From an uncultured Gammaproteobacteria bacterium (GTDB lineage Bacteria; Pseudomonadota; Gammaproteobacteria; Ga0077536): DNA of 64,000 bases. A program made the position numbers and the translations under genes. Positions 36,861 to 46,774 of the stretch are shown here, piece by piece. Location of the stretch: positions 23,677 to 87,676 of the forward strand of contig CALKCL010000005.1 of the NCBI GenBank assembly GCA_938082545.1. Reading direction: 5' to 3'. The notes under the pieces are model-generated. The model ran no database searches. It saw only the letters and a list, made by a program, of their open reading frames with translations, and was not told the origin of the DNA. Each line of letters begins with the position of its first letter. Within the stretch, counting starts at the first letter, position 1.

Positions 36861-39269
36861 ATGAAACAAGACTCAATGTTACGCATAACCGGCTATTCCG
36901 ATAAATGCTCAGTTACACCAGGAGATGAGATCACATTTTATGTTCATAGTGAATTTGGTGAGTCGTACCAATCTGATATCGTAAGACTTATCAACGGAGA
37001 CACCAATCCTGAAGGCCCTGGATTCAAGGAAAAACTATTCCGAACCAGTGTTAATGCAAAGTACAAAGGTGAGAACCAGCCTTTAATGGCAGGAAGTTAC
37101 CTGCTTGCCCCACAAAGTGATCATTTTGACCTAGAAAGCCTAACGCTGTGTGCCTATATTTACCCCACAACTCCAACGGTCGATACAGAAGGAGTTGCGG
37201 TCGGAGAACAAGCACTGCTCTCGAAATGGGATGCAGATAAGAAAAAAGGGTACGGATTATTCATCAATAAAGAAGGTGAGCTTGAATTTCGTTTAGGGAA
37301 TGGCAGAGGAAAAGTAGAAAGCTTTAGCACCCGTAAACCCATGATGAGAAAAATTTGGTACAAAGTCATGGTCAGTTTCGATGCGTCTACTGGAAAAGGG
37401 CTCATCTGCCAGATCCCTTATCTGACTGCGACTAATGGCGGTCATGGACCAAGTATGCTCCATCCCCGCTCTGACACGGAAGCTGAACGTAAATTTACCG
37501 CTAAAAACGGCGCAGCCAAAACACATGAAAGCCCCTTCACGATGGCCGCTAGCTGCAAGTCTTCGGAATGTGATCGGCAGGTGTTTGACGGACATTACAA
37601 CCATCTGGAACAGCCTTGGGATATCCCCGAGCATACTGAAAAATACAATGGGAAAATCGATAGACCACGAGTCGCAAATCGCGCGCTAAATAGAGCTGAA
37701 ATAGAGCTGATTCTAGGTGCACCTAGAATGGAGGCCATACCAACAGAACTAAGGTCTTCTATCGTAGCTGCTTGGGATTTTAGCGCTAATATTTCAGAAA
37801 ATGCTGCGTCCACGCACATTGTAGATGCGGGTCCCCATCGACTACATGCTGTTGGAATAAATCTCCCAGTCCGGGGAACACCAGGTCATAACTGGTCCTC
37901 CCACTTCATGAGCTTCATCCATGGGCCTCAAGAGTACGGCGCAATACATTTTCACGATGAAACTGTGGATGATGCGCGTTGGAAGCCAACATTTACGCTA
38001 AAAATCCCCGAACGCATGGTCAGTGGAGTCTATGCTGCTCGCCTCAGGGTCAAAGGGAAATCAACTCCAGATCATGAAGACTATATCCCATTTTTCGTAC
38101 GTCCACCTAAGGGCACAACGACTGCGAAAATTGCTCTAGTCATGCCGACTCACAGTTACATGGCCTACGCGAACGATAACTTAAGCGTTAACTCCGTAGT
38201 AGCACAATTATTAACAGGACAGGTGCCACTCCTGCAACCAAGCGACTTATTACTTAATCAAGAGCGCGGATACGGACTAGGGACGTATGCGTCCTATCGA
38301 GACGGCTGGGGAGTCAACGTGTCTTCTCGTCTGCGTCCGATCCTCAACATGAGGCCTAAGTATCTGCATGTGCTCTCGCCATCGCTTTGGCAGTTCAACG
38401 CAGATTTACATCTCGTTGACTGGTTGCATGAACTTAAGTATGACGTAGATATTATTACTGACGAAGACGTGCAAAGAGAAGGTGTGACGCTTCTAAACCA
38501 ATATCCCATAGTCTTAACAGGGCACCATCCGGAGTATGTCTCTGAAGAGGCAATGGACGCCTATCATGACTACCAGCTGCAAGGCGGTCGTTTTCTATAT
38601 CTGGCAGCTAATGGCTTCTATTGGATCACTGTGCCGCACCCCGAAAATCCCAACATCATCGAGGTAAGAAAAGGGGATAACGGGACTCGAGCATGGACTA
38701 TTAACCCTGGCGAATACTGTAATGCCTTCGATGGAAAGCATGGCGGCTTATGGCGAGTCCGAGGACGAGCTATGAGCAAGCTACTCGGCGTCACTTTCAC
38801 TTCTTTTGGCCTCACATATTCTTCCTACTATCGCCGCGCGCCGGATAGCAATCTGCCTGAGTGCCAATGGATAATGAAAGGCTTAAGTGCTGACGAGCCT
38901 ATTGGAAACTTTGGCTTAGTAGGTGGAGGTGCTGCAGGTCTTGAACTCGATCGATACGATCTAGAACTGGGCACGCCTCACAGAGCGTATCTATTAGCTC
39001 ACTCTGAGGGGCATAACGATATCTTTGTATCAGTAACTGAAGAATCGACGTTTAATGCCAGAGGCTATACCCAAGGAGGAACGGGCGACAACAATCCTTG
39101 GACACGCGCAGATATCGTCTACTATAAGACACCGAACGACGGGGCAGTTTTTTCTGTCGGTTCGATGTCATGGTGTGGCTCATTGCAGCACAATGATTAC
39201 GACAACAATGTCTCTCAAATCATGCAAAATGTTCTCAATGGTTTTCTAAAACCAGGCACATTGCCATGA
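36861..39269 (+). CDS. N,N-dimethylformamidase beta (large) subunit-like protein, paralog 2
   Basis: ~802 aa. I prefer ATG 36861 (GAGGA SD; MKQDSMLRITGYSDK aligns with MKITAYADK of paralog 1). It shares the blocks AAWDFS, QYGAIHFHDE, HSYMAYAND, SSRLRPILNMRPKY, GHHPEY, GLVGGGAAGLELDR and YDNNVSQIMQNVL. Confidence 0.75.
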   Translation: MKQDSMLRITGYSDKCSVTPGDEITFYVHSEFGESYQSDIVRLINGDTNPEGPGFKEKLFRTSVNAKYKGENQPLMAGSYLLAPQSDHFDLESLTLCAYIYPTTPTVDTEGVAVGEQALLSKWDADKKKGYGLFINKEGELEFRLGNGRGKVESFSTRKPMMRKIWYKVMVSFDASTGKGLICQIPYLTATNGGHGPSMLHPRSDTEAERKFTAKNGAAKTHESPFTMAASCKSSECDRQVFDGHYNHLEQPWDIPEHTEKYNGKIDRPRVANRALNRAEIELILGAPRMEAIPTELRSSIVAAWDFSANISENAASTHIVDAGPHRLHAVGINLPVRGTPGHNWSSHFMSFIHGPQEYGAIHFHDETVDDARWKPTFTLKIPERMVSGVYAARLRVKGKSTPDHEDYIPFFVRPPKGTTTAKIALVMPTHSYMAYANDNLSVNSVVAQLLTGQVPLLQPSDLLLNQERGYGLGTYASYRDGWGVNVSSRLRPILNMRPKYLHVLSPSLWQFNADLHLVDWLHELKYDVDIITDEDVQREGVTLLNQYPIVLTGHHPEYVSEEAMDAYHDYQLQGGRFLYLAANGFYWITVPHPENPNIIEVRKGDNGTRAWTINPGEYCNAFDGKHGGLWRVRGRAMSKLLGVTFTSFGLTYSSYYRRAPDSNLPECQWIMKGLSADEPIGNFGLVGGGAAGLELDRYDLELGTPHRAYLLAHSEGHNDIFVSVTEESTFNARGYTQGGTGDNNPWTRADIVYYKTPNDGAVFSVGSMSWCGSLQHNDYDNNVSQIMQNVLNGFLKPGTLP

Positions 39270-39682
39270 GTGAAGTAAATGACGAGGTTCCTCTTGATCG
39301 GGATCACTTTTGGTGGATACACCCTGCGCTTCGAGGCCAGCAGTCGCTAGACGGCTCTGCGGCTGGAGCATTGCCTTGGAGATGGGAGAAATCCGCAACT
39401 GCCAGTGATGCTGATCCCGTTGAAACAATCGATCCAGCAGGACCTTATGCAGATTTTGCCAAGCTACTCTATAAACTCAATGGATATAAACCTGGACCAG
39501 TTACTGGTTGGTATATTGTCCTGTCCCCAGAAAAAGACAAGTTTGCAGTCGGACAGCTATGTGTCGATCCCAATATCCCAGTTGTCTTGTTTGAAGATAA
39601 TGTCTATTCAACTGAAGCCGAAGCGAGAAAAGTTGCCACTGAGTTAAAAAAAGTAAACCCTGGCCTTATACATACAAGTTAG
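39266..39682 (+). CDS. hypothetical 138-aa protein translationally coupled to the DMFase-like large subunit
   Basis: ATGA start/stop overlap at 39266-39269. The C-terminal segment (GWYIVLSPEKDKFAVG...VYSTEAEARKVATELKKV) weakly resembles the C-termini of the two small upstream proteins. Confidence 0.5.
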   Translation: MSEVNDEVPLDRDHFWWIHPALRGQQSLDGSAAGALPWRWEKSATASDADPVETIDPAGPYADFAKLLYKLNGYKPGPVTGWYIVLSPEKDKFAVGQLCVDPNIPVVLFEDNVYSTEAEARKVATELKKVNPGLIHTS

Positions 39683-39732
39683 TTAGCCTTGATTCTCTAT
39701 CAGACCACAACTCTTTTGGCGGCGACGATTAA

Positions 39733-40986
39733 ATGAATATTTCTAAGCGTCTTCTGGCGATGGTGGCACTGGTGGTTGCCGGTGAAATGATATTCAGTCT
39801 ACCATTCCATCTACCCCGATACCTCCGCCCTTCAGTACTTGAGGGGTTTAATCTAACCAACTCTGAGTTAGGCGACATATTTGCAGTGTATGGCGTCACA
39901 GCGATGCTGGCATACTTCCCCGGCGGATTAATAGCCGACAAATTCAACCCAAAAATCCTGATCATTATTTCACTTGTAGCTACAGCGATTGGTGGTATCT
40001 ATCTCGCCACCTTCCCTGGTGTTGTAGGACTCGCAATTCTCTATGCGTACTGGGGAATAACTACCATTTTCCTATTCTGGGCGGGCTTGATGAAATCTAC
40101 CCGAGAGTGGGGCGGTGATGAAGCTCAGGGGAGAGCATTTGGATTCCTAGAAGGGGGCAGAGGGTTAGCTGCAGCCATTTTTGCATCAATCGCGGTCTGG
40201 CTATTCGCACAAGGAATCCCAACTCTGGAACTAATCAATCAAGAAGATAGGCGGCAGGCATTATCGAGTGTTATATTTTTATACACTGGTCTTACATTCC
40301 TTGCCGCAATTAGCGTCGCTATTTGGCTGCCTAATAATGAAAAAAAAGACACTTATAAGCCGCTAAAGACAAGTGTCTTGAAAATGCTACTGAAGCTCGA
40401 AATATGGCTGATTGCCGTTGTCATCACTTGTGCATACTGCGGCTATAAAGGATTAGACAATTACGCTTTATATGCTCACCAAGTGCTAGGAATGAGCGAA
40501 GTCGAATCAGCTTCCTTCATTTCTAAAACTGCCTATTTACGGATCTTTGCCGCCGTATCTGCAGGTCTGCTGGCGGATAGAATTCAAGCTAATAAAACTC
40601 TAATCTTATTATTTTTCACTCTCTTCCTGAGCTATAGCTTTTTAGGGATCTGGGGCGGACCTGAAGAGCTAATGTACTTTATTATCATTAACGTAATTAT
40701 TACTCTATTGGCCGTTTTTGCGCTCCGTGGGGTATATTTTGCGATGCTTGAAGAAACCAAAATACCGGCGAGGAATACGGGATCTGCTGTCGGATTAGTA
40801 TCAGTAGTGGGCTATACCCCAGACATTTTTCTGGCACCTATTGGGGGCCGAATTCTGGATGCTTCGCCAGGCGCAGAAGGTCACTTAAATTATTTCTGGC
40901 TGCTTTCAGCCATTTCTCTTATAGGAGTCATTGCTGCAGTCGCTTTATACTTCTGTAACAAGAATTTAACTAGGGGAAAAGAATGA
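39733..40986 (+). CDS. MFS transporter
   Basis: 417 aa, ~12 TM helices. Confidence 0.8.
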   Translation: MNISKRLLAMVALVVAGEMIFSLPFHLPRYLRPSVLEGFNLTNSELGDIFAVYGVTAMLAYFPGGLIADKFNPKILIIISLVATAIGGIYLATFPGVVGLAILYAYWGITTIFLFWAGLMKSTREWGGDEAQGRAFGFLEGGRGLAAAIFASIAVWLFAQGIPTLELINQEDRRQALSSVIFLYTGLTFLAAISVAIWLPNNEKKDTYKPLKTSVLKMLLKLEIWLIAVVITCAYCGYKGLDNYALYAHQVLGMSEVESASFISKTAYLRIFAAVSAGLLADRIQANKTLILLFFTLFLSYSFLGIWGGPEELMYFIIINVIITLLAVFALRGVYFAMLEETKIPARNTGSAVGLVSVVGYTPDIFLAPIGGRILDASPGAEGHLNYFWLLSAISLIGVIAAVALYFCNKNLTRGKE

Positions 40987-41713
40987 GAAAAAAAGTATGC
41001 CTTATAGTGGGGGCAGGACAGGGACTAGGAAGAGCTCTGGCCCAGAAATTTGCGAACGAAGGCTATCATCTTAACTTAGTGTCGCGGACTCTAAGTGGAA
41101 GTGAGCTAGCGCTAAAGGCCGCACATTCGGCATTCCTAGGGGGGACCATCGTCATGTAACCGCTGACGCTGCTAAGCCGGAGGAATTAGAAAAAACTCTA
41201 GCTGAAGCAGTTGCTTCGCATGGCACTCCCGAAATTTTTATTTATAACCCTCGTGGCCGATACCAATTAAGAGATCCTTTGCAGATATCCTACGCAGAAA
41301 TCAGCGATACCCTCAACCTAGAAGTGGTAGGGGCCCTCGCGTCGGCAAAGGCCATAATTCCAAGGATGCTAGACAACAAAAAAGGAACCATTATTTTTTC
41401 AAGTGCGACAGCTGCTTTTAGAGGATCAGGAACCAATCCACTATATTCTATCGGAAAGTTCGGACTTCGCGGATTGTCTCAAAGTCTCGCCAAAGCATAC
41501 AGTGCTAAAGGGCTACATGTTGCACATGTTCGGCTCGACTGCACTTTAGACGTCCCTGATATCAGAGACTGGATGGGGGATACCTTCAAAATTGAAGAAA
41601 CGAGCAATGTAGATGACGTAGCACAGTCTTACTGGTGGCTTCACCAACAACCAGGATCCGCATGGAGTAATGAATTGGAACTCAGACCTTATAGTGAGAA
41701 CTGGACATTTTAG
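40983..41713 (+). pseudogene. SDR-family oxidoreductase interrupted by a frameshift in a G6 run (41139-41144)
   Basis: Frame 1 reads MRKKVCLIVGAGQGLGRALA...AFLGGTIVM* (stop 41157-41159). Another frame continues GDHRHVTADAAKPEEL...IIFSSATAAF...YSIGKFGLRGL to 41713. Adding one G restores a ~243-aa SDR. Confidence 0.7.
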
Positions 41714-41790
41714 AGTCAAAAATTCACTATCAACGCACTTCGATAAAAATACGACAGCTATATAAGTGCAACTGATAAAAAGGAAAAAAA

Positions 41791-42564
41791 TTGGTTCAAA
41801 ATTTTGAGAATAAGTTAGTGCTAATTACTGGTGCCAGCCGCGGCATCGGGAAATCAATAGCTCTAGCCTTAGCAAAGGATGGCGCTCATGTAATCTGCGC
41901 CGCAACCGAGGCATGCAACTCGGGCAAAGTTGTGACCGAAATACAAACAGCTGGAGGCAAAGCAACAGCTATCGGTTGCCTTGTAGAGAGCCCTCTTGCT
42001 GTCAAAAGAATGTTTGCGGAAGTGCTTGATCAGGCAGGACCTGTTGACGTCCTGATCAATAATGCGGGTATATCAAAACCGATGCTTACTATGGAGATGA
42101 CTGAAGAAAACTGGGACCAGCACATGAATATCAACTGTAAATCCATATTTCTGTGTTCTCAAGCTGCCGCGCTCCAAATGAAAATGAACAATGGCGGATC
42201 CATTATTAATATTGGATCAATCTTGGGCCGCAATGCCTTCCCTGCAACGCTAGGATATTGCGCCTCCAAGGCCGCAGTCGATCAGATGACAAAAGTAATG
42301 GCAATAGAATGGGCGCGATATGGAATCCGCGTGAACTGCATCGCACCAGGCTATATTCGTACTGAGCTAATTGACCAACTGGCGGTTGATGGAAAAGTAA
42401 AACTTGAAGATCTGGAAAGGCGGACTCCTCAGAGAAGATTGGGAACAGGTGATGACATTGCTAACGCAGTAAGATATGTTGCCAGCGAAGGTGCAGCTTT
42501 TATGACGGGGGAAACGTTGGTTGTTGATGGTGGGTGGACCGCTTTCGGCTACTATCAAACATAA
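41791..42564 (+). CDS. SDR-family oxidoreductase (FabG-like)
   Basis: 257 aa with TGASRGIG, NNAG and YCASKAA motifs. TTG start. Confidence 0.88.
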   Translation: MVQNFENKLVLITGASRGIGKSIALALAKDGAHVICAATEACNSGKVVTEIQTAGGKATAIGCLVESPLAVKRMFAEVLDQAGPVDVLINNAGISKPMLTMEMTEENWDQHMNINCKSIFLCSQAAALQMKMNNGGSIINIGSILGRNAFPATLGYCASKAAVDQMTKVMAIEWARYGIRVNCIAPGYIRTELIDQLAVDGKVKLEDLERRTPQRRLGTGDDIANAVRYVASEGAAFMTGETLVVDGGWTAFGYYQT

Positions 42565-42587
42565 TTTAATGAGATAAAGGAAGAACG

Positions 42588-43400
42588 ATGCAGATCGGTA
42601 TCTCTATCAACAATATGGGGCCTCTATCTACAAAGGAAGTGATCACCCGGCAGGCTCTTAAAGCTGAACAATCGGGGTTAGATCATATATGGGTACTCGA
42701 TCATATCGCTATTCCTCCTGATCAATCAGAAGGATCTGGAGGACGATACGTAGATCCCTTGGCTACACTCGCGTTTCTAAGCGGCATTACAAGCACAATA
42801 AAATTAGGCACTTCTGTTTTAGTGCTCCCCTATCGTCCCGCATTAGCTACTGCTAAATGGGTCGCTTCTATCCAAGAGCTCTCTTCAGGAAGATTAATTC
42901 TTGGTGTAGGTGTTGGATGGATGGAAGCTGAATTCATTGTGACTGATGCATCACTGAAGACCAGAGGCTCTGTAACTAATGAAACCATTGAGTTCTTCAT
43001 GGAGTGCTTCGCAAATGATATTGTTTCATACAAAGACCAACAGTTTATTTTTAGTCCGCGCCCAAAGCGACCTCCAATTTTGATTGGGGGAAATCAGAAT
43101 GCCGCAATCCAACGGGTAATGAATTACGGAGACGGTTGGATGCCTATGATAAAGGATCATGATTCACTCATAAGCGAATGCCAAGATTTACAGCGAATGA
43201 GAAGAGAAGAAGGTAAAGGCAAAGCAATTATCATCCCTTTACTGGCTTTAGATTTCTCTGATCTTTCAAAAGTCGTGGATCAGTTGAGCGCGCTCAAAGA
43301 GGCGGGATGCACGGGTATAGAACATTTTCAGTCGTCCAAAACAGAATACGACTTTAATTTAACGGTAGATTATCTCTCAGAGATTAAAAGTAAATTGTAG
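42588..43400 (+). CDS. LLM-class (luciferase-like) oxidoreductase, a paralog of 27122..27964
   Basis: 270 aa with SGRLILGVGVGWMEAEF. Confidence 0.75.
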   Translation: MQIGISINNMGPLSTKEVITRQALKAEQSGLDHIWVLDHIAIPPDQSEGSGGRYVDPLATLAFLSGITSTIKLGTSVLVLPYRPALATAKWVASIQELSSGRLILGVGVGWMEAEFIVTDASLKTRGSVTNETIEFFMECFANDIVSYKDQQFIFSPRPKRPPILIGGNQNAAIQRVMNYGDGWMPMIKDHDSLISECQDLQRMRREEGKGKAIIIPLLALDFSDLSKVVDQLSALKEAGCTGIEHFQSSKTEYDFNLTVDYLSEIKSKL

Positions 43401-43408
43401 AAAATATT

Positions 43409-44581
43409 ATGAATTTAATAAAAAAAATAGTAGGTAAGAACAAGGACCATGCCGCTTGGCGTCAAATAATACACGCACATCCGGAGCTTGCTTATCAAGA
43501 GCATGTCACAGCGCAATTTGTTGCTGACAAACTAGAATCTTTTGGCATCGCTATCGTAAAAGGCCTCGGAAAAACGGGTGTAGTTGGCACGATAAAATCT
43601 GGGTCCAGTGACAGGTCAATCGGGCTACGGGCAGACATGGATGCTTTACCTCTAACAGAGATGAACACTTTTAGTCATCGTTCAAAGAATATGGGAGTAA
43701 TGCATGCATGCGGACATGATGGGCACACCGCAATGCTTCTAGCGGCTGCACAGCACCTATCAGCACACCAAGACTTTGATGGCACAGTCCACTTTATTTT
43801 TCAGCCTGCTGAAGAAGGAGAGGCCGGTGCAAAAGCCATGATGGATGATGGACTTTTTACAGATTTTCCTATGGAAGCTGTTTATGGAATTCATAATTGG
43901 CCGGGACTTCCCGTTGGGGAAATGGCAATGAGAAAAGGCCCCATAATGGCTGCGATGGATCTGTTTGAAATTAAGGTTATCGGGAAAGGTGGTCATGCAG
44001 CTTTACCACATTTAGTGATTGACCCTATACAAGTTGGGACACAAATCGTACAGGCTTGGCAAACGATTGTATCCCGTAACGTAAAACCAACCGACCCTGC
44101 CGTACTTTCGGTCACACAGTTCCATGGAGGAGATACAGATGCATGGGCGGTAGTTCCTGAGGAAATAACAATAAGAGGAACAGTTAGAACATTCTCAACG
44201 GACACAAAAGAGCTTATAAAATCGCGTATGGAGAAGATCGCACTTGGAATCTGTCAGGCACATGACTGCAAGTTAGAATGGTGGTATGACGAGCGATTTC
44301 CACCGACTGTCAATTCAGACGAGGAAACTGACGTGGCAGCACAAGCCGCTATCTCAATTTGTGGTGCTGAAAACGTCAATACAAATGTCGAAATGGTTAC
44401 CGGATCAGAAGATTTCGGGTATATGCTTGAAGAAAAACCAGGGTGCTATGCATTCATAGGTAACGGACTCGGAGATGGCGGATGCCTACTCCATAGTCCT
44501 CATTTTGATTTTAACGATGAAGTAATTCCCGTAGGTGCCAGTTACTGGGTGGAGCTAGTGAATCAAGTATTAAAGAAATAA
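43409..44581 (+). CDS. M20-family amidohydrolase (hippurate hydrolase / N-acyl-amino-acid amidohydrolase-like)
   Basis: 390 aa with IHAHPELAYQE, LRADMDALP and HACGHDGHTAMLL. Confidence 0.9.
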   Translation: MNLIKKIVGKNKDHAAWRQIIHAHPELAYQEHVTAQFVADKLESFGIAIVKGLGKTGVVGTIKSGSSDRSIGLRADMDALPLTEMNTFSHRSKNMGVMHACGHDGHTAMLLAAAQHLSAHQDFDGTVHFIFQPAEEGEAGAKAMMDDGLFTDFPMEAVYGIHNWPGLPVGEMAMRKGPIMAAMDLFEIKVIGKGGHAALPHLVIDPIQVGTQIVQAWQTIVSRNVKPTDPAVLSVTQFHGGDTDAWAVVPEEITIRGTVRTFSTDTKELIKSRMEKIALGICQAHDCKLEWWYDERFPPTVNSDEETDVAAQAAISICGAENVNTNVEMVTGSEDFGYMLEEKPGCYAFIGNGLGDGGCLLHSPHFDFNDEVIPVGASYWVELVNQVLKK

Positions 44582-45004
44582 GTGACATCACAACAAGCAA
44601 AGGACATAACTATGGATACACATCAGAAACTCATAACAGCTGGATTTAAGGCACTAGGAGAAGGGGACCACGAGCCACTCATGGGGCTGTTTGACAAAAA
44701 TGTCCAGTGGACCATCATAGGTAACACTCGATTTTCTGGTACTTACAATGGGATGGAAGAAGTAGCGACTAAGCTGCTGGCTCCTCTAGGCGAACTTATC
44801 GATGGCCATCTTCACATTACCGTTGATAATTTAATATCTGATGGCGACTATTTGGCTTGTCAGGGGCGTGGAGAATCTAAAACCAAAGCTGGTGGGACAT
44901 ACAACAATACTTATTGCTGGGTATATCGCTGGTCCGGAGACAATATTGTCTCAGTTACCGAGTATTTAGATACAGAAGTCTTAACAGCGTCTTTTGGAGC
45001 ATAA
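44582..45004 (+). CDS. SnoaL/NTF2-like small protein
   Basis: 140 aa (GTG start; alternative ATG at 44612) with cone-like fold motifs (WTIIGN, YCWVYRW). Confidence 0.55.
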   Translation: MTSQQAKDITMDTHQKLITAGFKALGEGDHEPLMGLFDKNVQWTIIGNTRFSGTYNGMEEVATKLLAPLGELIDGHLHITVDNLISDGDYLACQGRGESKTKAGGTYNNTYCWVYRWSGDNIVSVTEYLDTEVLTASFGA

Positions 45005-45036
45005 CCACTCAATGGGGGACCGACTGTACTGATTGA

Positions 45037-46134
45037 TCAAACATTAAATCGAAAATGCATCACGTCCCCGTCTTTGACAACATATTCTTTACCTTCAACG
45101 CGCAATTTACCTAATTCTCGAGCCTTAGACTCTCCCTTGTGCTCAATAAAATCATGATAGGCAATAACTTCTGCGCGGATGAATCCTCTCTCAAAGTCAG
45201 TATGTATCACTCCAGCCGCCTCTGGCGCTAACGAGCCAACAGAAATCGTCCAAGCACGAGACTCTTTAGGGCCGGCAGTAAAATAGCTTTGCAGTCCTAG
45301 TAACCGATGGCCTGCCCTTATAACCTGATCTAAACCTGACTCCTCTATTCCTATATCACTCAGAAATTCAGCTCTTTCATCCTCAGGTAAGGCAGCAATC
45401 TCAGCTTCAATCGATGCGCAAAGCACAATACATTCTGCCCCTACTTTTGCAGCATACGCGACTACTGCCGTTGCCTCATCACAACCTTGTAGTTCATCTT
45501 CTGCAACATTAGCCACAAACAGTAAGGGCTTTGCAGTCAGTAATGCCATCTCTTGCGCGAGAAGTGCAGGAGCACCATCATCTTCTAAGTTACCCGCCCT
45601 GATAGCGGTTCCTGCCTCGAGCAAGTCCAAAAGCACTTTGAATGACTCCGTACGTAATTTTTGATCTTTATCACCAGATTTCGCCTGCTTTTCAGCCCGT
45701 TCTAATCCCCGAGTACAAGACTCGAGATCCGCTAAAGCAAGCTCGGTCTCAATAATCTCTATATCTGAAATGGGATCGACAGTACCAGACACGTGGGTAA
45801 TATTATCGTCATGAAAACATCTTACAACGTGCGCAATTGCCGCTGTTTCTCTAATATGAGCAAGAAATTTATTACCTAACCCTTCGCCTTTAGAAGCGCC
45901 CGCAACTAGTCCAGCAATATCTACAAATTCCATACTCGAGGGAATCACTTTTTTGGAGCAAGCTATATTTGCAATCGCGCTTAATCGCTTATCAGGGACA
46001 ATAACTATTCCTATATTTGGCTCTATAGTGCAAAAAGGATAATTTTCCGCAGCAATCCCTGCGCTTGTTAGCGCGTTAAACAAAGAAGATTTCCCTACGT
46101 TAGGCAATCCAACAATTCCGCACTTAAAACCCAT
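45037..46134 (-). CDS. ychF: redox-regulated ATPase YchF
   Basis: 365 aa starting MGFKCGIVGLPNVGKSSLFNALT. Confidence 0.95.
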   Translation of the reverse strand: MGFKCGIVGLPNVGKSSLFNALTSAGIAAENYPFCTIEPNIGIVIVPDKRLSAIANIACSKKVIPSSMEFVDIAGLVAGASKGEGLGNKFLAHIRETAAIAHVVRCFHDDNITHVSGTVDPISDIEIIETELALADLESCTRGLERAEKQAKSGDKDQKLRTESFKVLLDLLEAGTAIRAGNLEDDGAPALLAQEMALLTAKPLLFVANVAEDELQGCDEATAVVAYAAKVGAECIVLCASIEAEIAALPEDERAEFLSDIGIEESGLDQVIRAGHRLLGLQSYFTAGPKESRAWTISVGSLAPEAAGVIHTDFERGFIRAEVIAYHDFIEHKGESKARELGKLRVEGKEYVVKDGDVMHFRFNV

Positions 46135-46733
46135 TAAATACCCTCGGCTTTTTTCTTTTCTCGAGTGTTCAAACGATTCATCACCTGCGCAAATTCTCCC
46201 GCACGGATGTCTTCCAAGGAGTCCACTACCCTATCTATAGCTACACAAATTTCATCGCACTCACCTGGTTTAGCCGAGCCTAGGACATAGTTAGTAACAT
46301 CCCAACCTTCAGGAGGTCGCCCTATCCCGATCCGCGCTCGCCTATAACCATCTGTCCCGAGTTCTTGAGTAATACTGCGCAAACCATTATGTCCCCCATG
46401 ACCACCCCCGTGCTTTAACCGCACGGAACCAACCGGCAGGTCCAAATCATCGTGAACCACGAGGATTTGACTTGGTTTAACCTTATAGTATCTAGCAAAG
46501 GCAGCGACGCTACGTCCACTCAAGTTCATGTAAGTAGTTGGTTTCAAACCATACATTCCCGCGGCCCCTTTTGCTAAAAGGCCGTGGAAACGAGCTTCCT
46601 TTGAAAAGTCAGTCCTTGTCTTCAATGCCCATTCGTCTAACAGCCAGAAGCCGACGTTATGACGGCTTTTTTCGTGCTCGCTGCCAGGGTTGCCTAGTCC
46701 GACAACCAGTTCGATTGAGTCAACTGCAACCAT
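46134..46733 (-). CDS. pth: peptidyl-tRNA hydrolase
   Basis: LVVGLGNPG, HNVGF and HGGHNGLRS motifs. Confidence 0.93.
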   Translation of the reverse strand: MVAVDSIELVVGLGNPGSEHEKSRHNVGFWLLDEWALKTRTDFSKEARFHGLLAKGAAGMYGLKPTTYMNLSGRSVAAFARYYKVKPSQILVVHDDLDLPVGSVRLKHGGGHGGHNGLRSITQELGTDGYRRARIGIGRPPEGWDVTNYVLGSAKPGECDEICVAIDRVVDSLEDIRAGEFAQVMNRLNTREKKKAEGI

Positions 46734-46774
46734 GAAAAAAGCTCAGAATGCAAACATCTGAGATGACTTTTCTT

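Noticed and set aside
41157-41159. TAA at 41157 as the genuine end of a 58-aa protein, with 41279..41713 as a separate 144-aa gene.
   Set aside because: The two pieces are the N- and C-terminal halves of one SDR fold, and the frames join within a G6 run.
22349-45004. The accessory amide block as a defence island, prophage or transposon.
   Set aside because: I recognised no integrase, transposase, phage structural genes, nuclease/ATPase defence modules or terminal repeats. All recognisable products are metabolic.
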